64,000 nt of DNA from Chiloscyllium plagiosum (Eukaryota), in contig NC_057718.1 of the NCBI RefSeq assembly GCF_004010195.1, positions 102,923,566-102,987,565 of the forward strand. The letters run 5' to 3'. The notes under the pieces were generated by a model, which was given only the letters and a program-made list of their open reading frames with translations, did not search any database and was not told the origin of the DNA. Shown here in pieces: positions 61,685 through 64,000 of the stretch. Within the stretch, counting starts at the first letter, position 1, and each line of letters opens with the position of its first letter. A program made the translations under genes and the position numbers.

Positions 61685-63640
61685 TACTACGAGCTAGTGA
61701 GGGTAGGAATAGGAGGATAGAGCAGATGAATGCATGGCTGAGGAGCTGATGTATGGGAGAGAGATTCACATTTTTGGATCATTGAAAACTCTTTTGGGGT
61801 AGAAGTGACCTGCACAAGAAGGACGGATTGCACCTAAATTGGAAGGGAGTAATATACTGGCAGGGAAATTTGCTACAGCTGCTCGGGAGGATTTAAACAA
61901 GTAAGGCGGGGGACCCAGGGAGATAGTGAGGAAAGAGATCAATCTGAGACTGGTACAGTTGAGAACAGAAGTGAATCAAACAGTCAGGGCAGGCGGGGAC
62001 AAGGTAGGACTAATAAATTAAACTGCATTTATTTCAATGCAAGGGGCCGAACAGGGAAGGCAGACTCAGGGCATGGTTAGGAACATGGGATTGCGATATC
62101 ATAGCAATTACAGAAATATGGCTCAGGGATGGACAGGACTGGCAGATAATGTTCCAGGATACAAATGCTACAGAAACAAAAGAAAGGGAGGCAAGAGAGG
62201 AGGGGGAGTGGCGTTTTTGATAAGGGATAGCAGTACAGCTATGCTGAGGGAGGATATTCCTGGAAATACATCCAGGGAAGTTATTTGGGTGGAACTGAGA
62301 ATAAGAAAGGGATGATCACTTTATTGGGACTGTATTATAGATCCCCTAATAGTCAGAGGGAAATTGCGAAACAAACTTGTAAGGAAATCTCAGCTATCTG
62401 TAAGAGTAATAGGGTGGTTATGGTCGGGGATTTTAACTTTCCAAACATAGACTAGGATTGCCATAGTTTTAAGGGTTTAGATGGAGAGGAATTTGTTAAG
62501 TGTGTACAAGAAAATTGTCTGATTCGGTATGTGGATGTACCTACTAGAGAAGGTGCAAAGCTTGACCTACTCTTGGGAAATAAGGCAGGGCAGGTGACTG
62601 AGGTGTCAGTGGGGGAGCACTTTGGGGCCCGCAACCATAATTCTATAAAAAGATCGGTGCTGGGTCCTCTATTTTTTGTCATTTATATAAATGATTTGGA
62701 TGTGAGCATAAAAGGTATAGTTAGTAAGTTTGCAGATGATACCAAAATTGGAGGTGTATTGGACAGCGAAGAAGGTTACCTCAGATTACAACAGGATCAT
62801 GATCAGATGGGCCAATGGGCTGAGAAGTGGCAGATGGAGTTTAACTCAGATAAATGCGAGGTGCTGCATTTTGGGAAAGCAAATCTTAGCAGGACTTATA
62901 CACTTAATGGTAAGGTCCTAGAGAGTGTTGATGAACAAAGAGACCTTGGATATCTCCTTGAAAGTGGAGTCGCAGGTATATAGGATAGTGAAGAAGGTGT
63001 TTGATATGCTTTCCTTTATTGGTCAGAGTGTTGAGTACAGGTGTTGGGAGGTCATGTTGCGGCTGTGCAGGACATTGGTTAGGCCACTGTTGGAATATTG
63101 TGTGCAATTCTGGTCTCCTTCCAACAGAAAAATGTTGCAAAACTTGAAAGGGTTCAGAAAAGATTTACAAGGATGTTGCCAGGCGTGGAGGATTTGAGCT
63201 AGGGGGAGAGGCTGAACAGGCTGGGGCTGTTTTCCCTGGAGTGTCGGAGGCTGAGGGGTGACCTTATAGAGGTTTACAAAATTATGAGGGGCATGGATAG
63301 AATAAACAGATAAAGTCTTTTCCCTGGGATGAGGGAGTCCAGAACTAGAGGGCATAGGTTTAGGGTGAGAGGGCAAAGATATAAAAGAGACCTAAAGGGG
63401 AACTTTTTCACGCAGAGAGTAGTACGTGTATGGTATGAGCTGCCAGAGGAAGTGGTGGAGGCTGGTACAATTGCAACTTTTAAAAGGCATCTGGATGGGT
63501 ATATGAATTGGAAGTGTTTGGAGGGATATGGACCGGGTGCTGGCAGGTGGGACTAGATTGGGTTGGGATATCTGGTCGGCATGGACGGGTTGGACTGAAG
63601 GGTCTGTTTTCATGCTGTACATCTCTATGACTGTATGACT
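61685..63640 (+). mobile_element. CR1 LINE (ORF1 end, EN, RT, 3' end) with internal deletion
   Basis: MNAWLRS and DGLHLN (ORF1 esterase-like), EN motifs, direct EN-to-RT junction near 62650, tandem tail. Confidence 0.95.
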
Positions 63641-63704
63641 AATTCACGTCAGCTCCTTGGACAGCTCCTTCCAAAACCAGCTTCACTTCCATTAACGTCC
63701 AGCA

Positions 63705-63976
63705 TGGACTCGATCTCCTGACCTCAGTGTGGACTCGATTTCCCGGTCTCAGTGTGGACCCGATCTCCCGGCCTCAGTGCGGACTCGATCTCCTGGTCTC
63801 AGTGTGGACCCGATCTCCCAGTCTCAGAGTGGACTCGATCTCCTGGTCTCAGTGTGGACCCAATCTCCCGGTCTCAGATTGGACTTGGTCTCCCGGTCTC
63901 AGAGTGGACTTGTTCTCCCGGTCTCAGTGCGGACTCGATCTCCCGGTCTCAGATTGGACTCGGACTCCCGGTCTCA
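63705..63976. repeat. Minisatellite, 25-bp unit x ~10-11
   Basis: Unit CTCAGTGTGGACTCGATCTCCCGGT with variants. Confidence 0.95.
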
Positions 63977-64000
63977 AGGTGCTACTCAGCGCGGTCTGGG

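Noticed and set aside
63705..63976. CRISPR-like array
   Set aside because: Units are contiguous without unique spacers, there are no cas genes and the context is eukaryotic; it is a minisatellite.

Overview
Vertebrate-type, repeat-rich genomic DNA with two assembly gaps. The repeat set (CR1 LINEs with (TCTATGAC)n tails, HE1-like SINEs, Deu-domain SINEs) suggests a cartilaginous fish such as a shark; this is inference. No intact cellular gene is visible, and most of the ORF track is decayed CR1, L2, RTE, Rex and Penelope retroelement sequence. The main hidden structure is a minus-strand, multi-exon relic of a very divergent dynein heavy chain, with about 24 candidate exons between ~59.6 kb and ~1.3 kb. 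I reconstructed it by hand from AG/GT splice sites and matching intron phases. It runs collinearly through tail, linker, AAA1, AAA2, AAA3, AAA4 and the start of the stalk. Most exons carry in-frame stops and the P-loops are degenerate, which fits an intron-containing (non-processed) pseudogene. The second theme is many Penelope-derived short elements carrying minimal hammerhead ribozyme cores (CTGANGA...GAAA), several arranged as inverted, MITE-like pairs. Also present are two solo LTRs with clear TSDs, nested insertions and two minisatellites. All protein similarities were judged by eye against remembered family consensus; no search was run.
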